Positions 10,388 to 20,509 of a stretch of 64,000 bases of DNA are shown one piece after another (positions within the stretch are counted from its first letter, which is position 1; every line of letters starts with the position of its first letter). Made by a program: the position numbers and the translations under genes. This DNA is from an uncultured cyanobacterium (GTDB lineage: Bacteria; Cyanobacteriota; Cyanobacteriia; CAKZMO01), in contig CAVRCJ010000013.1 of NCBI GenBank assembly GCA_963719515.1, positions 1 through 64,000 of the forward strand, in the 5' to 3' direction. Below the pieces are notes generated by a model that searched no databases, was not told the DNA's origin, and was given only the letters and a program-made list of their open reading frames with translations.

Positions 10388-11551
10388 TTAATGCAGTGCC
10401 GCCGACTCGGGCAGCGGCGACGGCGCTTGCATAATCTCCCCGGCGTACAGCATAGACGGACGAATTAACACGTTGTTCTGGGTCTGCTCTAGGATGTGGG
10501 CCGCCCAGCCTACCATGCGGCTCAGCCCCGCCGTCAGCGTAATCATATCTACCGGAATGCCCAGCAGGTGGTAGATGATGCTGAGGTAAAAGTCGACGTT
10601 GACGTTGACGCCGCGCCGTCGATAGGGAGCCATGGCGGCTTCTACTGCCTCTGCTTTGTCAAACAGGTCGCTGCCTTTCGACAAGCTCAGGGCGCGGGCA
10701 TGAACCCTCAAAAACGGGGCCCTAGGATCTATAGTCTTGTAGATCCGGTGACCAAAGCCGCTGATGCGCTTTTGCTGCTTGCGCCGCGCCTTTAGCTGGG
10801 TAAGCACGTCTTGGTCGTAGTCAATCGCATTCAGCATGTCGATCACCTCCCCCATCGCCCCACCGTGGAGGCTGCCCCCTAAGGTACCGAGGGCCGCCGT
10901 CATCGAGGCATGCAGGTCTGCCCCAGTGCTAGCGGCCACTCGCCCCGCAAAGGTGGAGGCGTTGGAACCGTGCTCCGCCAGCAGAATGAAGCACTGGTCC
11001 ATAATTAGGGCCTCTTCGTCCGTCGGGCGCTGCCCCGCGATTTGGTAAAGGAAGTTGGCGGCGTGGCCCAACGCTGGGTCGTAGTCGGGTAGCGATCGCC
11101 CCTGACGGGCGGCGTGGTGGATGGCGATCGCGGTGGCCGACTGGGCCAGGAGGCGGGCGGTTTGGTCGATGAAGGCTTCGGTAGCGTTTTCTGCGGGACT
11201 AGCGGGGCTGTCGGCTGCCGCTAGGGCAGAAACCACGGTGCGTAGGGCAACCAGCGGGGAGGCGCCCTGAAGCTGCTCAATCATGGCAATGGCGAAGGCG
11301 GGCAGCTCGCGGTGAGCGGCGAGGCAATCGCGAAAGGCCTGAGCCGCAGACGCGTCGGGGGGAGATCCCTGTAGCAGCAGGTAGACCACCGACTCGTAGG
11401 TCAGGGTTTCTAGCACGGCGGCGATGGGGTAGCCCCGGTAAAGTAGCCCGAAGTCGTCGGTCCTGAGGTCGGAGATATAGGTCTTGTCAATCAGAATATC
11501 TTGGAGACCGCGGTGTATCACAGGGGTTTCTGCATCGCGTACGTCAGACAT
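10388..11551 (-). CDS. Citrate/2-methylcitrate synthase family protein (divergent)
   Basis: YRGY, EHGSNASTF, LHGGA, GFGHRIYK..DPR, NVDFY, SR..GW.AH. Confidence 0.88.
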   Translation of the reverse strand: MSDVRDAETPVIHRGLQDILIDKTYISDLRTDDFGLLYRGYPIAAVLETLTYESVVYLLLQGSPPDASAAQAFRDCLAAHRELPAFAIAMIEQLQGASPLVALRTVVSALAAADSPASPAENATEAFIDQTARLLAQSATAIAIHHAARQGRSLPDYDPALGHAANFLYQIAGQRPTDEEALIMDQCFILLAEHGSNASTFAGRVAASTGADLHASMTAALGTLGGSLHGGAMGEVIDMLNAIDYDQDVLTQLKARRKQQKRISGFGHRIYKTIDPRAPFLRVHARALSLSKGSDLFDKAEAVEAAMAPYRRRGVNVNVDFYLSIIYHLLGIPVDMITLTAGLSRMVGWAAHILEQTQNNVLIRPSMLYAGEIMQAPSPLPESAALH

Positions 11552-11630
11552 AGTCGATTCGGCGTTATCTTTGGTTCTTCATCAGACGCTACTTGACGCC
11601 TGGTTGACGTCTACCGGGTGATAGGTTTCT

Positions 11631-12056
11631 CTACGCAGTTTCCGAGGACTCTTCCTGGGGAGACTGCATCCGCTGCTCAATGTCTTCTAGGGTGCGAATC
11701 AGCAGGCGCTTGGCCTCTAGCCGCCAGCCCCACTTCTGAATGTTGAAGGCCAAGGGGAAGGCGATCGCGGGGGCGAGGAAGTCGAGGGGCTGGCGGAAGG
11801 AGATGCCGAACAGCAGGCCTAGCCCGGCGATGCCCCAGAACGGCAGAGCGGCGAGCTGGCGCTGATTTTCTACAATGTCTTGGACGAAAGATCCTGAGTC
11901 CATTTCCGTTTGCAGCTCTTCTTTGACCTGCTTTTGCTCTGCTACAGGGACCGACAGGCCGATTTTGCGGCGCAGTCGCTCCATTTTTAGGGCGTCGGTG
12001 CTGTAGTTGACTAGCTCGTCTTCTGCCATCAGTACTAGTCGCTCTCGCTGTCCCAT
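11631..12056 (-). CDS. Hypothetical membrane protein
   Basis: 141-aa ORF with two hydrophobic segments, filling the gap between genes. Confidence 0.75.
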   Translation of the reverse strand: MGQRERLVLMAEDELVNYSTDALKMERLRRKIGLSVPVAEQKQVKEELQTEMDSGSFVQDIVENQRQLAALPFWGIAGLGLLFGISFRQPLDFLAPAIAFPLAFNIQKWGWRLEAKRLLIRTLEDIEQRMQSPQEESSETA

Positions 12057-12112
12057 TGTGATTTCCCCTACTACGCCGCTGTTATTCTAGCGTCTCGTGA
12101 AAGCGTGGCTAG

Positions 12113-13470
12113 TTGACTACTCCCACGGCTAAAGCGCGTGGGATTCTTGGATTGCTCCAAGACTTTTCTGCTTCGTAGCACCTGCCTTCCGAGATTTGCT
12201 CTCCATGCGCGAAGCGCAGGCTTCGCCAACAGGTCTTACGGTCGCTCCACAGACTGACACCGCTAGACCAGCGGCCAATACGTTTACAGCAGCGTTTACG
12301 TCCCTATCGTGCTTCACTTCGCACTCAGGGCACTGCCACTCTCGAATGTTCAGCGGCAGCTTATCTACGACGTGGCCGCACCTGCCACAGCGCTTGGAGC
12401 TAGGGAACCAGCGGTCAATCTTGACAAGCTCCCGCCCGTACCATTCGCACTTGTAGGTAAGCTGCCGCACCAGTTCTCCCCAGCTCGCATCACTGATGGC
12501 CTGCGCCAAAGAGTGATTACGGACCATGTTCCCCACTGCCAAGTCTTCAACGGCGATCGCTTGGTTTTCGCGCACCAGCCGGGTTGTCAGCTTGTGTTCG
12601 CGAAGCGTCCCGAAGGGAAGCAGGTCTTTGCGGGCATCGGCTATCTCGGCGTGGACCCTAGCCACCCTGAGCCGCGCTTTGTATCGGTTGTTCGACCCCT
12701 TTTGCTTGCGGCTGAGCGCCTTTTGAGCTTTTCTCAGCTTGCGGTACTTAGCCCGGAAGCCCTTGGGGTTAGCCATCTTCTCGCCCGTGCTCAGCGTGAC
12801 CAGACTGGTGATGCCCAAGTCCAGGCCAACTTTGTTAGGAGATAGCGGCAGTGGCTCAATGTCCACCCCCACCAACAGCGACACAAACCACCGGCCTGCA
12901 GGCGTCAGCTTCACCGTGATAGTCGATGGTGCGGCATCTTTCGGAAGCGCCCTAGACCATCGAATGGGCAGAGGTTTAGAGCACTTGGCCAAGTACACCT
13001 GACCCTCTCTAAACTTGAATGCCGCCTTGGTAAACTCCGCGCTACCGCCGTTGCGCTTCTTTTTGAAGCTGGGATAGTTGGCCCGACCTGCAAAGAAGTT
13101 AGTGAAGGCGGTCTGCAGGTGCCTCAGCCCTTGCTGAAGGGGAACCGAGCTAACCTCAGTAAGAAATTCAAGGCCCTCCTCTTTTTTCCACTGGGTCAGC
13201 ATCGACGAGGTTTGAGCGTAGCCTACGCGCTCTTGCTTCTGGTACCAAGCCTCAGTCCTTGCCGCCAAAGCGCGGTTGTAAACCAGGCGAGCACACCCCA
13301 TCGTCCGGCGCAAGAGGTTTTCTTGCTCAGCAGTAGGATAGAAGCGATAGCGGTAAGCCTTTTGAACCATGCTTACAGCTTAGCGCTCGCTGTGTAAAGT
13401 GTGGATGTGTTCGCTACGTTCACCGCCTTATATCCCACCCCTAAAGCGGATGGGTTTTACGGCGACTTCT
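12113..13470 (-). mobile_element. IS200/IS605 (IS1341-like, tnpB-only) element
   Basis: Right end GAAT-cccacg..cgtggg-agtag-TCAA. Left end follows TTAT with an AAAA-ccc..ggg hairpin. Both fit IS608-type guide/cleavage-site pairing. No tnpA. Confidence 0.82.
12129..13370 (-). CDS. tnpB: RNA-guided endonuclease TnpB
   Basis: KAYRYRFYP start, RuvC GLDLG / VEDL / DRDVNAA, Zn finger CxxC..CxxC. Two small in-frame insertions. Confidence 0.95.
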   Translation of the reverse strand: MVQKAYRYRFYPTAEQENLLRRTMGCARLVYNRALAARTEAWYQKQERVGYAQTSSMLTQWKKEEGLEFLTEVSSVPLQQGLRHLQTAFTNFFAGRANYPSFKKKRNGGSAEFTKAAFKFREGQVYLAKCSKPLPIRWSRALPKDAAPSTITVKLTPAGRWFVSLLVGVDIEPLPLSPNKVGLDLGITSLVTLSTGEKMANPKGFRAKYRKLRKAQKALSRKQKGSNNRYKARLRVARVHAEIADARKDLLPFGTLREHKLTTRLVRENQAIAVEDLAVGNMVRNHSLAQAISDASWGELVRQLTYKCEWYGRELVKIDRWFPSSKRCGRCGHVVDKLPLNIREWQCPECEVKHDRDVNAAVNVLAAGLAVSVCGATVRPVGEACASRMESKSRKAGATKQKSLGAIQESHAL

Positions 13471-13613
13471 ATAAGCCAGTAAAAGACTCTCCGATAGGGC
13501 GTTTAGAGCAGCTTAAAAGAAGGTCGAGGCGATCGGACTTGGACTGGACCGCTTCACTGCCGGCCTCGCGGCGATAGGAGCGAAGGGCATCGGCTGCGTT
13601 TACCCTATATCTT

Positions 13614-14729
13614 CTACAAGAAACCGAAGACAATCACTGCCAAATAGACCCCATACAGCCCCACCAGCAACCCTACCTCCCAAGCCTCGAAGCTGTACTT
13701 GTCTTTGTCATCCCCCCAGTTCACCAGCGCCCCGTAGGCCATGGCAAACAGCGCCACGAACCCCAGGTTCACCAAAAACATCGGCAAATCCTCAATAGAT
13801 AGCCCCGCGATCGCCAGCGGCACTAGCGCCAGAGACATGGTGGCCGTGTTGTCGGCAATGACGCTGGTGGTGGCAGCGGTCACCTGTCCGCTGCGGGCCA
13901 CGCTCCAGGTGGCAAACACCTCCGGCACGATGCTCAAGGTCGAGGTGATAAATAGACCCCCAATCAGCTCAGAGATGCCCACAATCGAGATGATATTCTC
14001 CGTTGCCGTCACCGTGAAGTAGGCCCCAATGGCCAGCGCCAGCACCCCGGCCACTGCCCGCCACACCTCTTCTTGCTTCCAGTTCACCGGCTGCCCCGAC
14101 TGACGCTGCCGCAGAATCGCTTGGGCTAGGTAAATAGCGTAGACTACCAGCATAATGTAGCCATCGATGGGCTGTAGACCTCGCCAGGCCGGGGGTAGCG
14201 TGAGCAGGGCGGCGATCGCAATCACCACCATGTAGGGAATCGCCTGGACGGTCAGCGCTTCCCGCTTAAGGCGCAGTAGGTGGCCGGTCGCCGGGGGAGG
14301 CGTCGTTGCGCGTCCGCCAGTCGCATCAGAGCGATCGCCTTTAACAGCAGCGTCTTCATTAGGGGGGTCAGGGAGGCTCTTGGAAGAGGCAGGGTCGACC
14401 TCATCGGGGCTAGTGGCCTCAAGGCTAGCAGCATCGGGGCGCGTTCTATTGGCCAGGTAAGCCACCAAAACAATGGCGGGGACCGAGATGATGTTGCTGC
14501 CCAGTAGGTTTCCTAAGCCGATATCCGTCAGCCCTTTAACGGCGCTCGCCGTATTGGTCCCAATTTCTGGGCTCGCCGTCGCCAAAGCGACGAACGCCGC
14601 CCCTGCTGCCTCGGAAAGGCCCCACTGCTTCCGCAGCTTCTGCAGCGGCACCGACACTTGATCTGCTCCCCAGTGGGCTGCCAAAATTGCCCCCAGCATT
14701 ACGAGGCTCCACAAGACTACACCCAACAT
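13614..14729 (-). CDS. Na+/Ca2+ exchanger (CaCA) family membrane protein
   Basis: ATASPE alpha-1 motif, GNLLGSN, SIVPE alpha-2 motif, about 10 TM segments. Confidence 0.85.
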   Translation of the reverse strand: MLGVVLWSLVMLGAILAAHWGADQVSVPLQKLRKQWGLSEAAGAAFVALATASPEIGTNTASAVKGLTDIGLGNLLGSNIISVPAIVLVAYLANRTRPDAASLEATSPDEVDPASSKSLPDPPNEDAAVKGDRSDATGGRATTPPPATGHLLRLKREALTVQAIPYMVVIAIAALLTLPPAWRGLQPIDGYIMLVVYAIYLAQAILRQRQSGQPVNWKQEEVWRAVAGVLALAIGAYFTVTATENIISIVGISELIGGLFITSTLSIVPEVFATWSVARSGQVTAATTSVIADNTATMSLALVPLAIAGLSIEDLPMFLVNLGFVALFAMAYGALVNWGDDKDKYSFEAWEVGLLVGLYGVYLAVIVFGFL

Positions 14730-14884
14730 TTGTTTGGCCCTATTCTATTGGCATGTATCGATGATATCTGAACCACAAATCGGTTCTGGAGCGAGACCCA
14801 GACGAGACGTCTGTGGTATTTGACTTTATCGCGGTGTAGACACAAAGTTATTGAAGCGTAGTTCCTGAAAGTGCAATAGATCAT

Positions 14885-17362
14885 ATGTCTCTACGAACAA
14901 GTCGCAGCAGAGGTCTGCTGCGTGGATTGCTCTCATGTGTATTTTTGCTGGGAGCATCGATTCCAGCCCGGGCTCAAACAGCCTCTCAATCACAACCAAT
15001 GTGGCAAACGCCGCCTGAACCCATTGCCTCTCAGCTCGATGTGCCCAGTAATCCTGGCCTACTGCTCTCTTTAGACAGCCAATGGGTGGTGGAACTAGAG
15101 CGTCCTTTACGGCCCTCGCTCGTAGCATTGAGTGAGCCTACCGTCGGCGTTGCCGGCATTCAGCTCAATCCTCTAACCCGCGAACCTGCCCAGGCCTACG
15201 CCTATCGCAGCATGACGGTGAGGCGGACGCACAGCGGCGCTCAAGGCAGCCTGCCTCAGCGGGTCACCCTACCAGAGGACGCTCGCATCCGCAATCTACT
15301 TTGGTCTCCAGACAGCCGCTACCTATCCTTTACCCTGACCCAGGCCGAAGGGGTCGCGCTCTGGGTACTAGACCTAGAGCAAAACCGGGCTCGTCAGATC
15401 ACCGGCCCTGTGCTGAACGCGGTTTACGGGAAGCCCTGTGACTGGTTGCCAAACGATGAGGGGCTCATCTGTAAAGTTGTTCCAGACGGACAGGGGGCTC
15501 CTCCTGAGCGGCCCCCTGTCCCTAATGGCCCACGCATTGAAGAAAACCTGGGGCAAGAAGCGCCCGTTCGGACCTATACCAATTTGCTGGGTAGCCCCCA
15601 CGACGAGGCGCTATTTGAGTACTACATGACGTCGACCCTAGAGCGGATCACCTTAGACGGCAGTCGCCAGCCCCTGACTGGCCCCCTGCTCATTGATGAA
15701 GCAACTCCCTCCCCAGATGGTGACTGGATACTGCTAGAAACCATTCATCGCCCTTTCTCGTTCCGAGTGCCGGCTCATAGATTTCCCAAGCGGCTGACGG
15801 TTCTTGACGGGTTGGGGGAGACGGCCTACAGGATAGCCGATCTGCCTTTAGCAGAAGACATTCCCCTAGCGCGGGGATCTGTTCGGCCCGGTCGCCGCTG
15901 GGCGTCCTGGAGAAGCGATCGCCCCGCGACTCTGTACTGGGTTGAGGCCAAAGACGGCGGCGATGCCCGCCAAGACGTCGAGGTTCGAGACGTCGTCTAT
16001 CAAATAGCGGCCCCCTTCGACCAGACGCCGGACTTGCTCTGGCAAACGGCGTTTCGCTTCAATAGCGTGCTGTGGGGCACAGACGATCTAGCCCTCGGAT
16101 TTGACGTCTGGCCCGACACCAAGCAGGTGCGTACTTGGCAGCTCAACCCAAGCCAGCCCAATACCGCCCCTATCCTGCTGGCAGAGCGAGACTGGCAGGA
16201 TGCCTATAGCCACCCAGGCTATCCCGTCACCGCCCCAGGGGACTATGGTTGGCGTACCCTGCTCATTGCCGACGATGACCACAGCATCTTCCTCAACGGA
16301 GAAGGATCTTCTCCAGACGGCGTCTATCCTTTCTTGGACCGGTGGAATCTAGCGACAGGAGAAACTGAGCGCCTCTGGCAGGCCGAAGCCCCCTACTACG
16401 AAACCATTTGGGAAGTGCTCGATAATCAAGCTCGGCAGATCATCACCCAGCGTCAATCTCGATTTGAGCCTTCCCGGCTGCTCTTGCGAAACCTACAGAC
16501 CTCACAGGTGGTCCCCATCGTGGCCCAGGCGGATAGATTGCCCTGGTATGCCGACGTGACGCAGACGATGATCCACTACGAGCGTGAAGACGGTGTGCAG
16601 CTCTCAGGCACCCTCTACCTGCCGCCGGGGCACCAGGCCGCTGACGCTCCTTTACCGACCCTGCTGTGGATTTACCCCGAAGAGTTTGAGAGTCCAGAGA
16701 CTGCTGGCCAGATCACGCGGTCTGAAAACCAGTTTAGTCGGCCCTATGGCGCTTCACCGCTGTTTCTACTGACCCAGGGCTACGCAATTTTAAGCTATCC
16801 CTCAATGCCCATCGTGGGCAGCGAAGATCTTGAGCCAAACGACACCTACGTCGAGCAACTGCTGCTCAATGCGCAGGCGGCTAGAGACTACCTGACGGAC
16901 AGCGGCATCAGCGACCCCGACCGCATCGCCGTCGGCGGACATTCCTACGGCGCGTTCACAGCCGCTAACCTGCTGGCGCACAGCGACTTGTTTTGTGCCG
17001 GTATTGCCCGCAGTGGAGCCTACAATCGGTCCCTGACTCCTTTTGGGTTTCAGGGTGAGGCGAGGCATTTCTGGGAGGCCCAGGAGACCTACATCAAACT
17101 GTCGCCATTTATGACTGCAGCTGCCATCACTGAGCCTCTGCTCTTGATTCATGGCGCTGAAGACGACAACACGGGCACCTATCCTTTGCAGAGCGAGCGG
17201 CTTTACGAAGCGCTCCGGGGGTTGGGGGGCACGGTTCGTTGGGTGGAGCTTCCTCTCGAAGGCCACGGCTACCGCTCTCGCGAGGCGGTTGGCCACGTGT
17301 TGTGGGAGATGAGTCAGTGGATGACTCACTGCGCTCCCGAGACCGCTTCCGAAGAGCAGTGA
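14885..17362 (+). CDS. Exported S9-family (prolyl oligopeptidase/glutamyl peptidase-like) serine peptidase
   Basis: Signal peptide, propeller region, GGHSYG nucleophile, HGAEDDN, EGHGY. Confidence 0.9.
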   Translation: MSLRTSRSRGLLRGLLSCVFLLGASIPARAQTASQSQPMWQTPPEPIASQLDVPSNPGLLLSLDSQWVVELERPLRPSLVALSEPTVGVAGIQLNPLTREPAQAYAYRSMTVRRTHSGAQGSLPQRVTLPEDARIRNLLWSPDSRYLSFTLTQAEGVALWVLDLEQNRARQITGPVLNAVYGKPCDWLPNDEGLICKVVPDGQGAPPERPPVPNGPRIEENLGQEAPVRTYTNLLGSPHDEALFEYYMTSTLERITLDGSRQPLTGPLLIDEATPSPDGDWILLETIHRPFSFRVPAHRFPKRLTVLDGLGETAYRIADLPLAEDIPLARGSVRPGRRWASWRSDRPATLYWVEAKDGGDARQDVEVRDVVYQIAAPFDQTPDLLWQTAFRFNSVLWGTDDLALGFDVWPDTKQVRTWQLNPSQPNTAPILLAERDWQDAYSHPGYPVTAPGDYGWRTLLIADDDHSIFLNGEGSSPDGVYPFLDRWNLATGETERLWQAEAPYYETIWEVLDNQARQIITQRQSRFEPSRLLLRNLQTSQVVPIVAQADRLPWYADVTQTMIHYEREDGVQLSGTLYLPPGHQAADAPLPTLLWIYPEEFESPETAGQITRSENQFSRPYGASPLFLLTQGYAILSYPSMPIVGSEDLEPNDTYVEQLLLNAQAARDYLTDSGISDPDRIAVGGHSYGAFTAANLLAHSDLFCAGIARSGAYNRSLTPFGFQGEARHFWEAQETYIKLSPFMTAAAITEPLLLIHGAEDDNTGTYPLQSERLYEALRGLGGTVRWVELPLEGHGYRSREAVGHVLWEMSQWMTHCAPETASEEQ

Positions 17363-17645
17363 TTAGTCTTGGGAGGTGGGCCCATTCGCCGTGATATCCA
17401 TGCCTCTTGGCCAAATTGACGCTCTCCGACTGTACTCGTAGGTCACAGTCGGCAGAGTTTCAGAGGGTTCGGGAGGTAGCCGTCCCATAGCCAGGCATCA
17501 CTACGGCGCGTCTCGTCGCTATTTTTGACCTGCGAAAAGCCGTGACTCTCACATCGATACGACTGCCCTGTTCAGACCCCGCAGCACTGTTGAAGCAAAA
17601 AGGTGAAAGCGCTGGAGCTCAGCGCCGTCTTCTTGCCGCTTTTTC

Positions 17646-19832
17646 TTATAGCAGCTCGATGGCTTCGATCTTCCATTGATCAGCCTCCCGTACCAGGCTG
17701 TAGCGCACCTGGAGGTTGCTGGTATAGTCGTCATTTGGACTGGGGTTGCCCACGCCGCTAAAGAAGCTGGCCTCCTCGGTGACCAAAACGTCAACGCTGG
17801 CCAGATCTGGAATCTCATCGCTCCAGTCCACAGCCAAGACCTCTAAACTGGGATAGCGGTACACCCCATAGACATCATCGGCAGCGGCACTTGCTGCTCG
17901 ATTCTGCCATTTGTCGAGCAGGTCCCCCGTTAAGATGCGGCTGAGGGCGTCTATATCATGGCCCTCGCCTAACGCTTCGCCTTTAGCCGCAAACCAGCCC
18001 CGCACAATAGACTCCGCCACGTTTTGAGTTAACTCACCCTCAGGAGCCGCTTGGACCTGGGTCGGTGGCGCAGGGTCTGGAATTGTGACCACCGGCTGGA
18101 CTAGGCCAATCTCAAGCTGCTCTCCGGCCAGAGGGTTCGCAAACTGCCGATCAAGCCAGCCGAAGAACCGGTTAAGGACCACCCAAAGCAACACCAGGCT
18201 TATGAGCGCAAGGCCTCCCAGGAGAAGCAGGCGGTCCAGCCGGGGGCCGCTGCTCCGAGAGCGTCGAGACAGACTTTTATCTTTACTCTGAGGCACCGTC
18301 GCTTCTGGCTTGCGCACAGGACTCTCAGGTCCCGGTGCGGTGAGCTGAGTCGCTGGGGTCACTCGCCCCGAACGCCGCGATCGCGGGGGCGATTGGGAAA
18401 TCCGCTCGGCCACCTGGAGTGAGGCCGTTGCCCCAGACTGACGAGAGTCTCCAACGGCGGTGGGAGCTGGGCGTCGCGATCGCCCTTGACTCCGCTGCGG
18501 CCCTTCTAGAATTGTCGTCGCAGAGCCGTTACGGCCGGCAGCGGCCCAGGCGGACTGTGGCTCCTCAGGCAGCTTCTCGAGATAGGCCTGGACCGTGGGG
18601 TTGGCAAAGTAGGCTTTGAGGGAGGCGGTGCGCGAAGCGAGGTCGCGAAAATAGGGAAATACGTCTTTTTGTAGCCACTGCTCGGCGTAAAAGCAAAGCC
18701 CCGGCAGCAGGTCGGGGGATTCCTGGGAATGGCGGCGAATGACGTTTAACGCTTCCGTTTCCTGGGTCTGCTCTACGATGCGGCTAGCGTCATCGGTCTG
18801 CCCAAGCAGCAGCGAACAAATGGCGAACTCTAAAGAGACATCCTGCCGCGCCGAGAGATTGACTAGCATCGACTTGGCCTGCTGAACAAAGGCCGGCTGC
18901 TGGTAAGCAAAGCCTCCGGCGATCAGCGCGTAGACGGCGAGATAGGCGGCCACCGCCGACGGGCGCTGCGCTTCTTCCTCAAATAGGGTCTGCTGCTCGT
19001 CCACCGTGAGGTAGCTGCGCAGCTGCTGAATAAACCGCAGAAAATCATCTGTGCCGAGCCCCGATCGATCGTTGCCGCCACCGTCGATACCGCCGCGCTC
19101 CTGCAGCATGGTTCTCAAGAGCTGAAGCCCTCTTTGGCGCTCAGCTTCTTGGTCGTCGGGCAGCGTCAGCAGTTCTAAGATTCGATAGGGCCGTAGCTTG
19201 TAGAGTTCAGTTTGCATTTCACCCCGCACCCCTGCAAAGAGTCCTTCTTTTGTCAGTAAATCTAGGCCTGTTTCCAAAGATTCAGCCGCGTTTTCGTATT
19301 GGCCCTGGTGCCACTGTTCACGCCCTAACTCCAGACAGGCCAGCGCTAGCGTTAAGACTATGTCGCCGCCGACAACGGTGGGATCGCCAAACTGACCGCT
19401 ATCTAAACTGCTGCTGCCGCTGCTGAGGTAAGGTCGACCCAGCTTCAGCACGAGTTCGTATTCACCGAGCTCTAGCAAAATCAGCAGAGCGCCAATCAGC
19501 TGGTTGTCTATGATGTCGATGCTGGGGAGAGGGGGCGCTGGCGGCGCTTCGGCTGTGCCTGGCCCTTGAGCCGCTGCTTGACTACTGCCCGCCGCTTCAC
19601 TGGGCGCGTAGGAGGTCGTCAAAAACTTAGCGTCGTAGGTTTGGCGCTGCAGAGGATCGCTGAGCACCTCATAGGCCTCGTCAATCAACTGACGCCGTGC
19701 GGCGATCGCCACTTCTGAATACTCGCGCCGAGGCAGCTGCAGCATGCGATCGCGGTGAGCATGCTGCAGCTGATCCTCGGTTGCCTGAATCGGCAGCCCT
19801 AAAATCCTATAGTAGTCAAGCGGTATTTGCAC
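17646..19832 (-). CDS. ftn2: Cell division protein Ftn2/ARC6 (J-like domain, TM, IMS/DUF4101)
   Basis: MQIPLDYYRILG start, LYKLRPYRILELL, DLLPGLC, C-terminal VRYSL..WKI. Divergent from pdhA. Confidence 0.92.
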   Translation of the reverse strand: MQIPLDYYRILGLPIQATEDQLQHAHRDRMLQLPRREYSEVAIAARRQLIDEAYEVLSDPLQRQTYDAKFLTTSYAPSEAAGSSQAAAQGPGTAEAPPAPPLPSIDIIDNQLIGALLILLELGEYELVLKLGRPYLSSGSSSLDSGQFGDPTVVGGDIVLTLALACLELGREQWHQGQYENAAESLETGLDLLTKEGLFAGVRGEMQTELYKLRPYRILELLTLPDDQEAERQRGLQLLRTMLQERGGIDGGGNDRSGLGTDDFLRFIQQLRSYLTVDEQQTLFEEEAQRPSAVAAYLAVYALIAGGFAYQQPAFVQQAKSMLVNLSARQDVSLEFAICSLLLGQTDDASRIVEQTQETEALNVIRRHSQESPDLLPGLCFYAEQWLQKDVFPYFRDLASRTASLKAYFANPTVQAYLEKLPEEPQSAWAAAGRNGSATTILEGPQRSQGRSRRPAPTAVGDSRQSGATASLQVAERISQSPPRSRRSGRVTPATQLTAPGPESPVRKPEATVPQSKDKSLSRRSRSSGPRLDRLLLLGGLALISLVLLWVVLNRFFGWLDRQFANPLAGEQLEIGLVQPVVTIPDPAPPTQVQAAPEGELTQNVAESIVRGWFAAKGEALGEGHDIDALSRILTGDLLDKWQNRAASAAADDVYGVYRYPSLEVLAVDWSDEIPDLASVDVLVTEEASFFSGVGNPSPNDDYTSNLQVRYSLVREADQWKIEAIELL

Positions 19833-20509
19833 AGCGAGTTTTCCTACAGATTAGGCATGTCAGCACGGGTCAACTTTAGTACAAAACCGTCAGCGCGAGT
19901 TAGTTTTGATATGGTCATCATATAGCACTCAAGTTATCGCCCGATCATCTGCTCCGAGGACCTATTTGCCGCCTAGCTAAGTGAGGGTCAAACCGGCAAT
20001 GCTAATTAGCACCAATCGATCTAGAGGTCAGGAGTGGTCGTCTCTAGCCTTGCTTTGAAGAGGCCTCAATCAACCCTGGACGCCTCCGCACTTGACCTCT
20101 TGCCTGACCTCAACACCTCTAGATTTGAAGACTAATCCACTAGGCAGCCTACCGACATCGGCTTACTCGCTAGCCTCTCCATTCTCAGCCACCAGCTATT
20201 GCCAAGCTGCGATAAATTTTTGCTGACTACAGGACGTCCTAGGCTATCGTGGAATAGCGTAGCCCTAGCGTGGCTTACGAGCTACCCATTTTTTGGTAGA
20301 GCTTCGTACAGCTTCAGAGGGTCAGCAACCCTATATTTTACAGATGATAGTTCATTCTAGTGTATAGGAACTACTCGCCTCGGCCAATGGCCATTGGCCG
20401 CTGTTAACCCCCTACGGATAGGCGTCGTTGACGCTACGGCTTAGGCACGGTTTTGGTATATTAATTCAGTTTTGTTACGCAAACCAATCACTCACGTCAA
20501 GGATTGTTG

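Noticed and set aside
19833..20509. ncRNA (for example SRP RNA) in the long ftn2-pdhA spacer
   Set aside because: I found no SRP core motif (CAGG..GGAA..AGCAG) on either strand. Only weak inverted repeats are present near 20020-20122.
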